Shown here: in pieces, positions 20,742-34,299 of the stretch
How the letters are laid out: each line of letters starts with the position of its first letter
Position numbering within the stretch: position 1 is the stretch's first letter
NCBI GenBank assembly: GCA_013239625.1
Contig: MU053881.1
Location: forward strand, 1,364,001-1,428,000
Length of the DNA stretch: 64,000 bases
Direction: 5' to 3'
DNA from: Lama guanicoe
Taxonomy: Eukaryota
Program-made: the position numbers and the translations under genes
The notes under the pieces: generated by a model
Seen by the model: the letters and a program-made list of their open reading frames with translations, nothing else
What the model was told of the DNA's origin: nothing
Database searches by the model: none

Positions 20742-23700
20742 AATGGAAATCAGTGGTCTTACTATACTTCTCTAGAAGGGATAACTTAAGACTGTGTCAG
20801 TCAACTCTAAACATTCTAATATTTTTGTAAACATTAAATTATTTTGTACAGTTAAGTGTAAATACTGTATGTTTTGTATCAATAGCATAATTATCTTGTT
20901 AAGCGAATATGGTCTTGATAATGAAATATAAAAGCTAAAATTAATTTTCCTTTTTTGAGGTTAATTACCATTTTTAAAGACCTTTGGAAAAATCCTTTCT
21001 GTCCAGTGACAAATGTGATTGATCTTGTCTTTTATACATGGAGGTTGACTCTTTGAAGTGATTTTTTTTTTCTTTTTTTGAGTAAAAGAAAATCTTGACT
21101 ACTTCATTCCTTAATGATTATTCTTTACATACCTCAAAGTCAGACTTTTCTTCACTTTAAAAGTTTTTTCTGCAATTGTTGAACAGGTAATAAGGATTAT
21201 TAACTCTGTAGGCAGGTATTGGAAAGCAAAAACCCATAGGAAATGTTAACTGATGGAGTTTCATTCAGTTGCAAGTATTGTGTTCTGTTTCATTGGGTGA
21301 TCTCAGTGGTGATAAGCAGCCATCAGGGAAAGGCATCCAGTGTGTCCGTCGTGACAGATTAGTAACACCACATGCTCACTTCATTTAAGATTAAAGCGTA
21401 GCAGGAAGGTAAGCGTGCGAAGTCCTGTTTCCCGAGGGCTACTTACGTAGTCAAGTCACGAACTAAGAACAGGAATTCTGATGACTGAGGTTTTGGGCTT
21501 TAATGCCAGATCTTCAGGAGATTTGAAATTGTCTAGTATATTTCCTTATCACATGAAATACAAATACTTAAACCTTAGTGTATGAATTTTAAGGTTGTTA
21601 TTAAGCAGTTAATGTTTGTTTTAATCTTTGCTGGAGAAAAAGATGATTTGATTGTAAAACACTGTGGGAAGAAACTTCTGCAGAAGTTTCCAGACCCTGA
21701 TTGGTTAACACGATGAACTTTTTATTTGCCTGTGGGTATTTTTTCCTTACTGTTAACCTGTTTTCAAATTGAAAACTACATGGTAAATGTTAATTAATTT
21801 AGTAAAAATACAAAACTATTGATCAGTCTGCCAGGTGAGAAATCTTTTTTGTTGCAGAATTCATCGCTGATTATCCAGATACAGGGTTTTTGTTAAGTGT
21901 TCCCATTTCCAAAGGGCATTACACAAAGATTTGAATTTTATCTGTATTTTAAACGAAAAACATGAAATTTTTTTGGTATGACAAATAGTGAAATCAAGAT
22001 GGGCTTCTCTTCGTGATCTCCTGGCAGCATTTGCCCATCTAGTAAAGCTGTGTTTCTAAGCTTGACCAGGAATTTAAGAAAGCTGAAATAAATTTAGCCA
22101 GAGAATCATTGCATCAGTTATGCTCAGGCCTCTGATGTCGTCCATATGTAGTTGAGCTATATTATATGTGATAAGTTTTTTTAAAGGAGCATTTGATGTG
22201 AAAAAGAGGTTTTTCCTGAACGTGGTGGTGGTATAAAGATTAAGAATTCTGCTATCCTTTATTTTCCCTTCCGTTTCCATGCTACAAAGCCACTGAATCA
22301 CGTAAGCCTCCTGACCTATCCCTACCAGTGCTCCAAGTTCCCAAATTAATGTTTACTTTTTCTCCCATCAAAAACTTTCTCAGAGTACTGATTTCAGGAT
22401 ATAGGAGGAAAGAAAAATAACCACATTATTTCTTACTAAGAAGTTATTGTTAGCCCTTTTCTCTTCCAATAAGAATTTACATTCTACACTAGGGGTGTCT
22501 TCTAGTTCCTAGGCCAAATTCTGGTATTTTAGGAATTAAAGTGAAACTTCAATGAATGAGGTTGAACAGGAGAAATGCTTAGTGGTTAGGGTGGTACCTG
22601 TGATACCATTACGAGTGTCTACTGCTAACCTTCGTTTTCTTTAAATTGTGTTTTTCCTTGTACCTCTGAACTCATTTTTTGAAAGTGCCAGGTTTTTATT
22701 TGAGAGTATCAGGAGCATCAGTACTAATGGGAAAGATTTAGAATACCCAGTGCATAAATGCGGCTCATTTGTAACTTGGTATTCTCCCTGATAATTTGAT
22801 GCCTTGTAGGTTACTATCTCTAAAAACTCCATTGAAGTCAAACTTGGTTTTAAAAGTGAAGCTAAATAGGTCAATTCCAGTGTTTTCTTCTACTGCTTAG
22901 GTGTTCTCATCCACGTATTGATCAAAACTTTTGGAGTAGATGAATAAAATTGACTTCTATTATTACTCAGTTGACAGTAGCAAACTACCCAGTGAAATTT
23001 TATAGTTCATACAATTAAAAACTATTCCTCTGAATAATCTTGAAGAGCTGGATGCTAGAGAAACTTGAAATGACGTGGCCAAGACCAGTAATTGAGGCTG
23101 AATTGTGACTTAAATTCGGCAATCCTAGATTCTAGCATTGTGCCTTCTTGTGATAATGTACCTACCTGAGTCAAAAACTTCAGTTTGATTCCTGTTCACA
23201 GTTCTGTGAAATGACCTGGGATAAAATTCATGGCTAATAGTTAGATTACTTAGATTACATTTTTTCCACATTTTTCTTTACTCCAGTAGCTGATAAGTAC
23301 CTTCAACCATCAAAACGGCTAAAATGGCATGATCATTTGAAAACGTACTCTGTTTTAAGTAGATAGGCAGATACCTGTATTTAAACTGATCTTGACAATT
23401 CTGGAATGAAGAAACACTTTGTCAGGTGACCTGGCTTTTTAACTCCTTTCCAGTTTGAAATGTCTGATTCTTAAAAATTCTTAAAAATTTGGTGCAAGTA
23501 AGATATTTTAAATTTGAACATCCAGTTCTTTGCTTAACATCCTACATTTTTTAATATTACAGTCAGAAGGATTCGTGAGTCAATAAAAGGTGTGAATAGC
23601 ATTGTTGGTTGAGATTGCATGTTTGGGGATAAATCAGAAGAAACAATTTTAATTTTCTTCAGAGTTGATCTTTTGGATCACTGTTTTTTAAGAGGTTGCT

Positions 23701-25544
23701 ATCTTTAGCTAAATCCTTAAATCCAAACTTTAATTTGGCTGGTTAATTGGGTTGGGCGGGGGGGTTTGTTTTATTTTTTCACTTTTTTATAGAGTGAAGC
23801 TGAAGTTTAAAAGTTAGTTTTACACTCCTTAGTCCAGCCTTTGGGGGCATAGTTAAGAGGTAATCTTAATGTGAGCACACTTAATTTGAGTCATTTGGGG
23901 CTAGTTCCATATTGGTGATTCGTTTTTTACAATATATTGCAAAAATTGAATAATGAACTTCTAAATACATATATAGCCCAGCTTCAAAAATTAAAAACAT
24001 TTTGCACATTTTGTTTCACCTGTTCCCCAACTTGCTTTTCTGTACAAATGCCAGATCATTTCACCCATTATATTTCTGTATATCTTCTAACAGGAGGTTT
24101 TTTTAAAAAAAAAATACACCATTAGCATACCTAACAAAATAATTCTTTATCTAAGATAGTTTATGTTTAAAGCTTCATGACTGTCTAAAAAGTAACCAAG
24201 TTAGTTTGAATCAGTACCCAGTCAGGGTGCACACACAGCTGATTTTTCTCAATTCTCTTAATCACTATGTACTTTTTCTCCCCTCCTTGCTTTTTATTGC
24301 TTCGCTAATTAAAACCTGGTCATTTGTCTTTAGAGAATTTCCCATATTCAGTATTTCATCAGAGTGGCGTCCATTCCTCTAATTCCCACTTGCCCTATAA
24401 ACTGATAGTTAATGAATGGAAGTTTTTTTTTTTAATAGAATTCCTTCTAATGCAGAAGAGATGTGAGAAATATGATGTGTTGCAACTCTTAATGATATAA
24501 CAGATTCAGGCATCAGTCATCAATGGATGCTACAACCATTGGGCGAAAACAGGGAAGACTATAATGAAGGGATCAAGTTAAACCTCTGATTGACAACCAG
24601 ATGTGCTGATAAGCTTCTGAGGCAATGCAGTGGGAAATCCACAGCACCTCTGAGGTATCAGTGCCTTAAAAAAAATTTTTTTTTGACTTGGAGCTAATCA
24701 GTCCTCTAGATTAAAACTGTAAGAAGCATCTAGCCCTTTTTGTTCATTTGTTACCTGTCAGCTGATTCCTTGGAATAGCAGTTCAATGAATTAAAGCGCT
24801 CGGACTTCTTACCAGCATGTTGCAACTTTAGTCCCAGGTCTTCTCTACATTTGAAGGAGTAAGTTACTTTAACTGTATTTGCTTATTTGGAATTACTTAG
24901 GGGTAATATCTATGTTACAGGGTGATTAAAAACATCTAGCAGTTTACCTGGCTTTTAGTATTCCTACTGGTAAATACTTTTATTTTCTATAAGTGACTTA
25001 ACCCAGGTGACTGCATGTTATTTTCTCAATAATGTTGATTGTTCCTCTTTATGGCACCAGGAATTACAAAACTATCCAAGAATTCTACTTTTTTGGACCC
25101 TCTAGCATAGTAGATTTTATTGTGACATTTCACTGAAACTTGAAGGGGAATAGAATTTTCAAAGAAATTTGTTTTTTGCCAGTCAAGAATGTGTAGTATT
25201 CAGATAAATTTTCTTACATTCACTCCTTCCCTGGTTTTAGTTTTTAAATGCTGTAATTCAGGGGAAAAGTTATATATAATTTTTTTTAAATGAGATGTAG
25301 ATTTAATCATAAAGTCTTGAAGCCCCCTAAATATCCTTTTGAGGTGGGCACCACATAGACCTGGTTCTTTACATACTCTTGACAGCAGTTACATGTAATG
25401 AGATTAATTAAAGGTTACTCGCAGATTTGGAGGAGTTACCATGCACATCTCCCCCAGTGACTTAAAATATTTCCTATTACAAATGTAAATGAAAATTAAG
25501 GGTGTTGGGGTTTTTTTCAGTAATTTTTTAAAATCACCAGCTTT

Positions 25545-27570
25545 GAAATTTATTGTAGTTGATTTACAATGTTGTGTTAGTTTCAGGTATACAGCAGAGT
25601 GATTCAGTAAAATATATACACATATCACATATTCATATGTATACATATATTCTTTTTCATATTCTTTTACATTATAGGTTATTACAAGATATTCCTGTGC
25701 TATACAGTAGGTCCTTTTTGTATAATAGTAATGTGTATCTGTTAATCCCCAAATCCTAATTTATACGTCCCCCAACCCTTCTTCCCATTTGGTAACCATA
25801 AATTTGTTTCCTATGTCTGTGAGTCTGTTCCTGTTTTGTAAATAAGTACATTTGTATCATTTTTAAGATTTCTCATATAAATGATATATTCATCTTTGAC
25901 TTAGTATGATAATCTCTAGGTCCATCCATATTGCTTCAAAAGACATGATTTCATTCCTTTTTATGGCTGAGAAATATTCGTGTGTGTGTGTGTACACATC
26001 TTTATCCATCTGTTGATGGTCGCTTAGTTTGCTTCCATGTCTTGGCTGTTGTTAATAGTGCTGCTATGAACATTAGGGTACATACATCTTTTCAAATTAG
26101 AGTTTTCATCCTTTCCAGATATAAGCCCAGGAGTGGGATTTCTGGATCATGTGGTAACTCTATTTTCAGTTTTCTAAGAAATCTCCATACTGTTCTCCAT
26201 AACGGCTGCACCAAATTACATTCTCACCAGCAGTGTAGTAGGGTTCCCTTTTCTCCACACCCTCTCCAGCGTTTATCATTTGTAGACTTTTTAATGGTGG
26301 GCATTCTGACCAGTGTGAGGTCAGAATCTCATAGTTTTGATTTGCATTTCTCTAATAATTAGCAATATTGAACATCTTTTCAAATGCCTATTGGCCATCT
26401 GTATATCTTCTTTGGAGAAATGTCTATTTAGGCCCTCTGCCCATTTTTTGATTGGGTTTGGTTTTTTGATACTCAGCTGTATGAGTTGTTTTTATATTTT
26501 GGAAATTAAGCCCTTGTTGGTAGCATCATCTGCAAATATTTTCTCCCAATCAGGTTGTATTTTCATTTTGCTTATGGTTTCCTTTGCTCTGCAAAAGCTT
26601 GTAAGTTTGATTAGGTCCCATGTGTTTACTTTTCTTTAATTTCTTTTGCCTTAGGAGACTGATCTAAGAAAACATTACTATGATTTATGTCAGAGAATGT
26701 TTTGCCTATGTTCTCTTAGTTTTATGGTGTCATGTCCCATGTTTAAGTCTTTAAACCATTTCGAGTTTATTTTAGTGTATGGTGTGAGGGAATGTTCTAA
26801 CTTCACTGATTCACATGCAGCTGTCCAGCTTTCCCAGCACCGCTTGCTAAAAAGACTGTCTTTTCTCCATTATATATTCTTGCCTCCTTTGTTGAAGATT
26901 AATTCACTGTAGGTGTGTGAGTTTATTTCTGGGCTCTCTGTTCTGTTCCATTGATCCATATGTCTGTTTTTTTGCCAATACCCTGCTGTTTTGATTACTG
27001 AAGCTCTGTGGTATTGTCTGAAGTCCAGGAGGGTTACACCTCTAGCTTTGTTTTTTTTTTCCTCAGGATTGCTTTGGCAATTCTGGGTCTTTTGTGATTC
27101 TGTATAAGTTTTAGGATCATTGGTTGTAGTTCCGTGAAAAGTGTCCTGGGTAATCTGATAGGGATCACATTAAGCATGTAGATTGCTTTGGGCAGTGTGG
27201 CCATTTTAACAATATTAACTCTTCCAATCCAAGAGCATGGGATATCTTTCCATTTCTTTGAAGTCTCTTCAGCTTCTTTTATCAGTGTTTTATATTTCTC
27301 AGCATGTAAGTCCTTCACCGCCTTGGTGAGGTTTATTCCTAGGTGTTTTACTTTTTTTGATGCAATTTTAAAAGGGATTGTTTTCTCTCTCTGATATTTC
27401 ATTAAAATGCAGCATATTTCTTTGTGTTAATCTTGCATCTGCTACTTTGGTGAATTCACTTATCAGTTTAGTAATTTTTGTGTGAAGTCTTTTGGTTTTT
27501 CTCTATAGAGTATCATGTCATCTGCATATATCAACAGTTTTGCCTCTTCCCCTCTAACTTGGATACCTTT
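25545..27570 (-). mobile_element. 5'-truncated LINE-1 (ORF2 RT to C-terminus plus 3' UTR), degenerate
   Basis: Minus ORF 27034..27402 ([20 protein letters not shown]...[25 protein letters not shown]) is L1 ORF2. RT motif YADDMI at 27528-27511. L1 3' UTR end near 25545. Confidence 0.93.
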
Positions 27571-28164
27571 TTAAAGAAATCCAGTTCTTTTAAAAGCTGT
27601 TGGATTTATTCTTTAACTAAAGACAATATGGGTAGGTACAGTTTTGAGAATGAATAACAAAATAAGAGCAGGCCTAAATGACCATAGAGTATGTCATTAA
27701 CAGAGAAGTTTAATTTTAAAAGATCTTGTTATTTCTTTTTTATATTTTTCAAATTTAGGACATTTAAATTATTTTGTGTGACCTCACAACAATTGCACAC
27801 ACGAGAACAATGTGAGCTTTGTGACGATGCTTGCCTGGAGAGTCTGAATTTAGACCCTGGGACTGCCCATATAGGTAGACAGATTACATATTCTCTGCAG
27901 CCTCACCTGTGAGTTGAAATACTACCACCTGACTTCCCAGGGGTGGTTGTAAGGGTTAAGTGAGACCATTTATAGGAAGTGGCTGTCATTTTACCATTGT
28001 TTGACTTATTCCCTATATTCTTGATTTATACAGTATCCTATAGTCTACAAATTATATTCTTATACTTCTGGTTTTAGTCCTAGAGGAACCATATGAAATG
28101 AGCACAAATAGATATTGCCTCTCTTTTAATGTTACCACCTTCCATCTTCTTCCATCCTTTTAAC

Positions 28165-30790
28165 TTCTTTTGTCTATGAAGTATTTTATGTACGAAGTGT
28201 ATAGTTGAGTGTTGCATTTTTATCTAATTTTTGCCTTTTAGTTGTGCTCAGGCCATTTATATTGAATGTGATTATTGATACATTTGGGATTAGATTACCA
28301 TCTTCCTGTTTTCTGTTTTTTCCATTTGTTCCTGTTTTCCTCTTTTTCTGCTTTATTTTGGATTAAGTATTATTTTTTCATGATTCTACTTTATACCCTT
28401 TGGTGGTTTATTAGCTATAACTAGTGTGTGTGTGCACATGTTTAGCATTTGCTTTAGGTTTTGTAGTATACATCCTTAACATCCTTTAACTGATATTACA
28501 CCACATACATCACACACAGTAAAAGAATGTTCGTAGCAGCACTATTTACAATAGACAAGACATGGAAGCAACCTAAGTGTCTATCAACAGATAACTTGAT
28601 GAAGTTGTGGTGTGCATATACAATGGAATACTATTCAGCCATAAAAAAGAATGGAATAATGCCATTTGCAGCAACATGGATGGACCTAGAGATTATCATA
28701 CCAAATGAAGTTAAGTCAGAGAAAGACAAATACTGTTTGATATCACTTTTATGTGGAATCCAAAATATGACACAAATGAGCTTATTTAGGAAACAGAAAC
28801 AGACTCAAAGACATAGAAAACAAACTTGTGGTTACCAGGGGGAAGGAGAGAAGAGGGATAAATTAGGAGGTTGGGATTAGTAGATACAAACTACTATATA
28901 TAAAATAGATAAGTTTCCACTGTAGAGCACAGGGAACTATATTCAATAGCTTGTAATAAGAAGTTATGAAAAAGAATGAATATATATAAAGCTGAATCAC
29001 TATGCTGCACACCAGAAACTAATGCAACATTGTAAATCAACTACACTTTAATTAAAAAAAAAAAAGAACCTAACAGTAAACTGCCATTTCTCTCCTCCTA
29101 GGCTTCGTACTACTTTTGCCACACATTTTATTTAGCCATATGTTAAAACTCCACAATACATTGTTATTTTTGCCTTAAGGCATCAATTATCTTTTAAAGA
29201 GATTTAAATTGTAGGAATTCTTACACTGCCCCACATAGTTACCATTTACAGAGCTCTTCAAACCTTTATGTAAACCCATGTTTCCATCTGGTATGGCTTT
29301 CCTCTGCCTGAGTTACTTTCATTAACGTTTTTTGATTGTGGGTCTGCTGGTGAGTCATTCTTTCAGCTTTTGTATGAGAGTATTTATTTACACTTTTTTT
29401 TTTTTGGAGCGATATTTACATTGGGTGTGGGATCTTATACCCAGTTGACACACAATGTTGCTTTCCCCATCTTCTGGGTTGCAGTTTCCAATGAAAAGTC
29501 TGCTGTTATGTTTGTTGCTCTGTACGTGTCTTTTTTCTCTGGTTGCTTTCAAGTCTTTTTTCTTTACCATTCCGTTTAAGCAGCTTGATTGTGGTGTGTT
29601 TTGTGTGATTGTCTTTGTGTTCTTTGTGCTTATGTTCCTTGAAATCCTTGGATCTGTGAGTTTACAGTGTCTATCATTTGGGGATTTTTTTCAGCCATTA
29701 TTTATTCACATTTTTCCTGCCCTCTCCGCTGAGCATTCCTGTTACTCACATGGAATTGCCCCCCAGCTTGCTGATGCTCTGTTCATTTTTTTCAATCTCT
29801 TCCCCTCTGTTTCATTTCAGATAGTTTCTACTGCTTTATTTTCAACTTCATTAGTCTTCCGCAGTATCTAACTTGCCTTTAATCTCATCCAGTTTATTTC
29901 TCACCTCAAACATTGTCATCTTAATCTCTAGATTAGGTTTTTTTTAAACAAAAATCTTCCTCGTCTCTGCTTAACATGTTCGATCTTTTCCTCTTAGCTC
30001 CTTGAACATATGGCATACAGTTATAACTAAATATTTTTGTCTGCTAATTCTGTCACCTCTTTCATTTCTGGGTTGGTTTTGATTGACTGCTTTTTCTTCT
30101 ATTATGGGATATTTTCTTGCTGTTTTTTATGCCTGGTAATTTCGGCTTTTTGTTGTACCTTGTTGAGTATTTTTATATCCTATATACTTGAGCTTTATTT
30201 TGGGACATGATTAAGTTGCGTGAATCAGTTTGATCTAGGGTTTTGGATTTTGTTAGGCAGAACCAGGGCAACCTTTAGTTTAGGTTCATTTAGCCCCACT
30301 CCTGAGGGAAAACTTGAATTTGAATACTCTACTCAGTGCCCTCTGAATGATCAGGTTTTCCATGCTGGTTGGCGGGAAGGAGAGCCACCCCCAGCCTGTG
30401 TGAGCTGCAGGGATGGCTTCCTCTCTGGCAGAGTTGTCATCCTTTCGGGTGGCTCTTTCCCGGCCCCGCCCAGGTGGTTTCCTTACAAAGGTGGCTGTGT
30501 CAGGTGAAGAGTTCTCCTCCCCAGCTCTGCCCCCCTGCAAGTTCTAAGTGCCTTGGCATCCTTGAACTTTCAGCTCTCTTCGCCTTGGGGTGGCTCTGCC
30601 TGCGTTCCCCACCCTGCATGGTCGCCTAGAAAAATCTCTCCAGAGGGAAAAGCTGGGACAATCTTGGCCTCACTTCATTTCTTTCCCCATCTCCCAAGGA
30701 TCACTGTCCTTCATTGCCTGATAACCATTATCTTGAAAGTTGCCATTTCATATAGTTTGTCTTGTTTTCTAGTTTCTGATAGAGTACATC
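28165..30790 (-). mobile_element. Ancient L1 (L1MC/L1ME-like) remnant, interrupted by the 28527-29065 L1
   Basis: T-rich degenerate L1 phrases (gccatttatattgaatgtgattattgat, ttgcagtttccaatgaaaagtctgctg, ggatctgtgagtttacagtgt). Boundaries approximate. Confidence 0.65.
28527..29065 (+). mobile_element. LINE-1 3' fragment (ORF2 C-terminus, 3' UTR, poly-A), nested in an older L1
   Basis: ORF 28527..28880 MFVAALFTIDKTWKQPKC...MEYYSAIKKNGIMPFAATWMDLE; poly-A at ~29054-29065. Confidence 0.92.
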
Positions 30791-31199
30791 TAATCTCCGC
30801 TGGAATACCCATTTTATAAGCTAGAAAACGGTGGTGGGGGCGGGGGGCTGAAACAGTAACTGGCTGTGAGCGATCAGGGGAGCCAGAGCAGGATCTGGAC
30901 GATATACATCAAGACCTGGTGTTTTCCCCACAGGATCACACTGCTTTTTCTAAGTAACAATTTCCTCATGTAATTCTTTAAGCCTTAATGCTTAATTCAA
31001 GCCATTTTTGTTGGAAAAGTTTTAAAAAATGATTAAGTACCCCTGCCTTCTTAAACAGAGCATTTCAAACACATTTGAACCTTTCCATCATCAACGTTAG
31101 TTAGGATTTTCTGCAGTGCTTATCAACCATATCTGACCCAAGTAATTCCTTTTTTATAAAATATTTCATAATGCTCCTTTTATCCTGAAGAGTCTGGGC

Positions 31200-32100
31200 C
31201 CTTGACAGTCATCAGGCTCAGTTGCCGTCCCTGCTGGTCACAGTTACGATGGGCAAAGGAGCACCACGAGGTGCCTGGTTTATTCCTCCCTGCCCACACT
31301 GTACAGACACAGCCCTCCTCTTCCCGCCGGTGAGGGTAAGTTACCGCTGCCAAAATCGTGACTCTTAGACTTCAGTCCCTGGACACAGAGTCCAAATTGC
31401 CCTCGGCAGCAGCCGTAGCTTGCAGGTGAATGGACCCTTGCTGTGTGCCCTGGCAAGTGGAACCCCATTGAAAAGTAGGACCTCCACCCCTGCAAGGCCC
31501 AGGTTTGTGAGGACAGCCAGCACTAAGTCCCCCAGTGAGTCACGGGGAGAGGTGGGGCTCTGCTCTTGCTTCTGTCCCTTGGTTCCCGGACCCATGATTA
31601 TTGGGAACAAGGCATCACGTAAAGGCCTGTCACTTAGTGAGTATTCCACATCCTGAAAAATGGCGCTGCAGCCTTTCAGAGTGTTGCCTTTGAAGACTCT
31701 GAGCTGGTGCTTCACCTGTGCCTTCAAAAGGCAGCTCCAGTGTTCTGTGAGCCTGGCTGCTTCTGGCTGGCGCGGGACGTGGCACAGCCAGTGGACTGCA
31801 TGGTCACGGGCTCACTCCCACACGTACTCTGCTGTAAAGTGCGCTCCCTGCTCAGATGCTGTGTCGTATGGGATTCCATACGTGTGGACTGGGGAGTCTG
31901 TATGTACAGTGGTGCTGGCTGAGGCTCTGCAGACAGAGAAGAAAGAACAGCTGTCCATCTGTGTGAGGGACAAACTGCTGGCCCTTCCGGGATGAAAAGA
32001 GTCCAAAGAAGGTGATTTGCCACCAAGTCGCCAAATGGTCTCCCTGGGGATTTGTGCCTATCACTGACAAGTTAGCCATTCAGAGGCAGCAGTAGTTGAC
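31200..32100 (-). mobile_element. ERV-L-class internal (pol integrase C-terminus + dUTPase) relic
   Basis: Minus ORFs 31365..31727 (GNTLKGCSAIFQDVEYSLSDRP...LGLAGVEVL...KLRL) and 31280..31495 (...LCLYSVGREE) resemble ERV-L integrase-dUTPase residues. Confidence 0.65.
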
Positions 32101-33012
32101 TGACCCTTGGTGAATGCTAGGTGTATGTTAGGGAATACGATGGACTTCTTCTCCCCCCTCCCCAATATAGATCTCGTCTCCACCACTCTTGACTCCACAC
32201 TCTGCCCTTAGGAGGCTGACCGTCTGCATCACCTGGGCTCTCTTGTCCTGTGGATTTGGTCGTGGGAGGCTCAGCAGATGAGAGAGCAGGAGGAGAGAGA
32301 TTATCCCCCGGCTCCCTACCTTCCAAGCCATGGTTTTGCAGAAGTGGTGTCCCTTGACCAAAGGCCACAGCTTCCGCTGAGCGGACCTTTGTACAGCTCT
32401 GAGCACGCACAACAGCTCCTTCCTCTCCCACCTTCAGCTCCAGATGATAATGACCTCCCACTGCTCATGCTCCAGAGTGTTTCTTCATCCCCTGTTGGCT
32501 TCCCTTAATCTGCCCCGCAATGTTGAGTCTCTACACTCAGACTGTCTTCAGTCTGAGGATGCCATCTGTTCCTTCCAGGACCCCAGCTAACACAAGATAG
32601 AGTATTTTCTTCCTTGCCTTTTAAAATTAGTTGTAGACAGTAAACATATTTTCACCTTTCCTTAATTCACTTGACAAATGTTTGCCAGATCCTGTACTGT
32701 TCTTTGAGAAAACAGTGGTGAACAAGATAAAGGGGTAATTTGCCTTGTTAATAAAAAGGTAACTTCAAACAGTGAAATGCCCCCAACCCCTGAGTAATCC
32801 TTCTGAAGACTGCGAGTGAAGCCTCCTCAGACTGGACAGTCTGGGAAGGTCTTTTGGAGACAGTGAGGTTTAAAGACCTGAGGACCTTGACCTGAAGGAG
32901 GAGTTTGCTCAAAATTCTGAGAGCAGGATATTCCAGGTAGTGAGGCAATGAGCAAGGGCGAAGGCCAGAGGGACCAATAAGCTTGGTTTGTTTGATGTAT
33001 AGATGTTTCTGG

Positions 33013-33123
33013 GAGGGAGGGTATAGCTCAGTGGTAGAGCACATGCTTAGCGTGCACGAGTTCCTGGGTTCACACCCCAGAACCTCCATTAAATAAATAA
33101 ACCTAATAACAACCCCTCCCAAA
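33013..33123 (+). mobile_element. Vic-1-like tRNA-derived SINE
   Basis: gggagggtatagctcagtggtagagc (A box)...ggttcacacc (B box)...attaaataaataaacctaat tail. TSD agatgtttctgg (33001-33012) / agaagtttctgg (33124-33135). Confidence 0.88.
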
Positions 33124-34116
33124 AGAAGTTTCTGGAATATAGTGAACAATACATGCTGGTGATGGGCAATTTATCTATGTGTTTGTAGCAAGAATGAAGT
33201 GCCACCTTGCAATATGGGATTGGCCTCTTTTCAGAGAGAACAATCCAGTTTGCTGAGCAGACTTGTTTTCAGACTGTTCTAAAACACAACAGATTTTTAG
33301 CAGGACCTGTCTCTGTATAACCACCTAACTGTAACTCCAGTTTCCTTAAGGTCATAGCTACAAAGTTGCAGAGGTGAGATGCCAGCCACTTCTGTTTTAT
33401 TCCAGTCTCAGAGGTAATTTCCCCCTCTCAATTAAGGGAGCAAGAAGGAACATGTCAGCTGAAGGTCCTCAACAGTTTGAAGAGAAAAGAAATCTGTCCT
33501 AAGAACAGAAGCTAATAATCCGAGGAGACCCAGGGAGTGAGACGGAAGATACAACGGATCTTTTTCTCAAAAACGGTTGTGGATGTGCTCAAATTACGAA
33601 GATCAAAGCTAGTTTGTTGTTTTTACATGAGCATTACTGGAGTTAGTAGAAGAGTTATGTGGGACCCATTTTAGGAGATTATATGCCAGGTAGGAATCTG
33701 AGCCAGCAGAGCACGCACCTGACTTCCAGCCTTGCCCCCCGTTCTGGATAAAGGCTGTTCGGGCCGCCTGATTCTCATCCAGGCTTTCCTGCTTTGACCC
33801 TGTGCTGCACACCTGCGGCAGAATCGCAGTATAGGTTACATGTGGTACCTACGAGATGATTATTTTTGGCCATGTTCTGTTTCCGCTGCAGAATTAAGCC
33901 ACCAGCTCAGCAAAAGTTGAGTTCTTTCCCCCTATCTTTTGCATTTGTTAAAGTCTCAATCTTCTCAAATGAAAGCCTTCTCTAGGTCAGGAACAAGGTC
34001 TTAAAAGTTCTGTTTCCAGTGACTCTGGCACATAGTAAATGGTGAGAGAATGAAGATTCTAAGACATCCTTCCGCTTGGCGCGTTCTAGACCTTGACTGC
34101 ATCTGTAAATGCGAAT

Positions 34117-34150
34117 CCACAAGAGGTCGCTTTCGGCCACCAAGTGGCGC
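34117..34150 (+). promoter_or_regulatory. Two tandem CTCF-like motifs upstream of COL23A1
   Basis: ccacaagaggtcgc 34117-34130 and ccaccaagtggcgc 34137-34150 resemble the CCASYAGRKGGCRS core. Confidence 0.5.
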
Positions 34151-34299
34151 TAGGGCACCATCTAGGAGGGTTTCACTAAGTTTTCCCGCTGGCTTTGAAG
34201 TTTTGGACTTTTAAGTAAGTGTCAGAAAGGTTAATTCACAAGTTGAAGCGAATTTTCGCAAAGCATGAATGATGCTGCAGCCAGGGGCGGGCTGCAGAA

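Noticed and set aside
21400..21845. Donor-like sites (AAG|gtaagc ~21409, CAG|gtgaga ~21835) suggesting CLK4-COL23A1 read-through splicing
   Set aside because: Such motifs are common by chance, and no matching exon structure is evident.
20742..23600. Exact CLK4 poly(A) site
   Set aside because: Several candidates (ATTAAA 20833 and 21390; AATAAA 22087, 22943 and 23582) cannot be ranked without 3'-end data.
33013..33090. tRNA-like sequences here and at 38768, 40040 and 43800 as real tRNA genes
   Set aside because: They are mutually diverged, and three have SINE tails (two with clear TSDs), so they are SINE heads.
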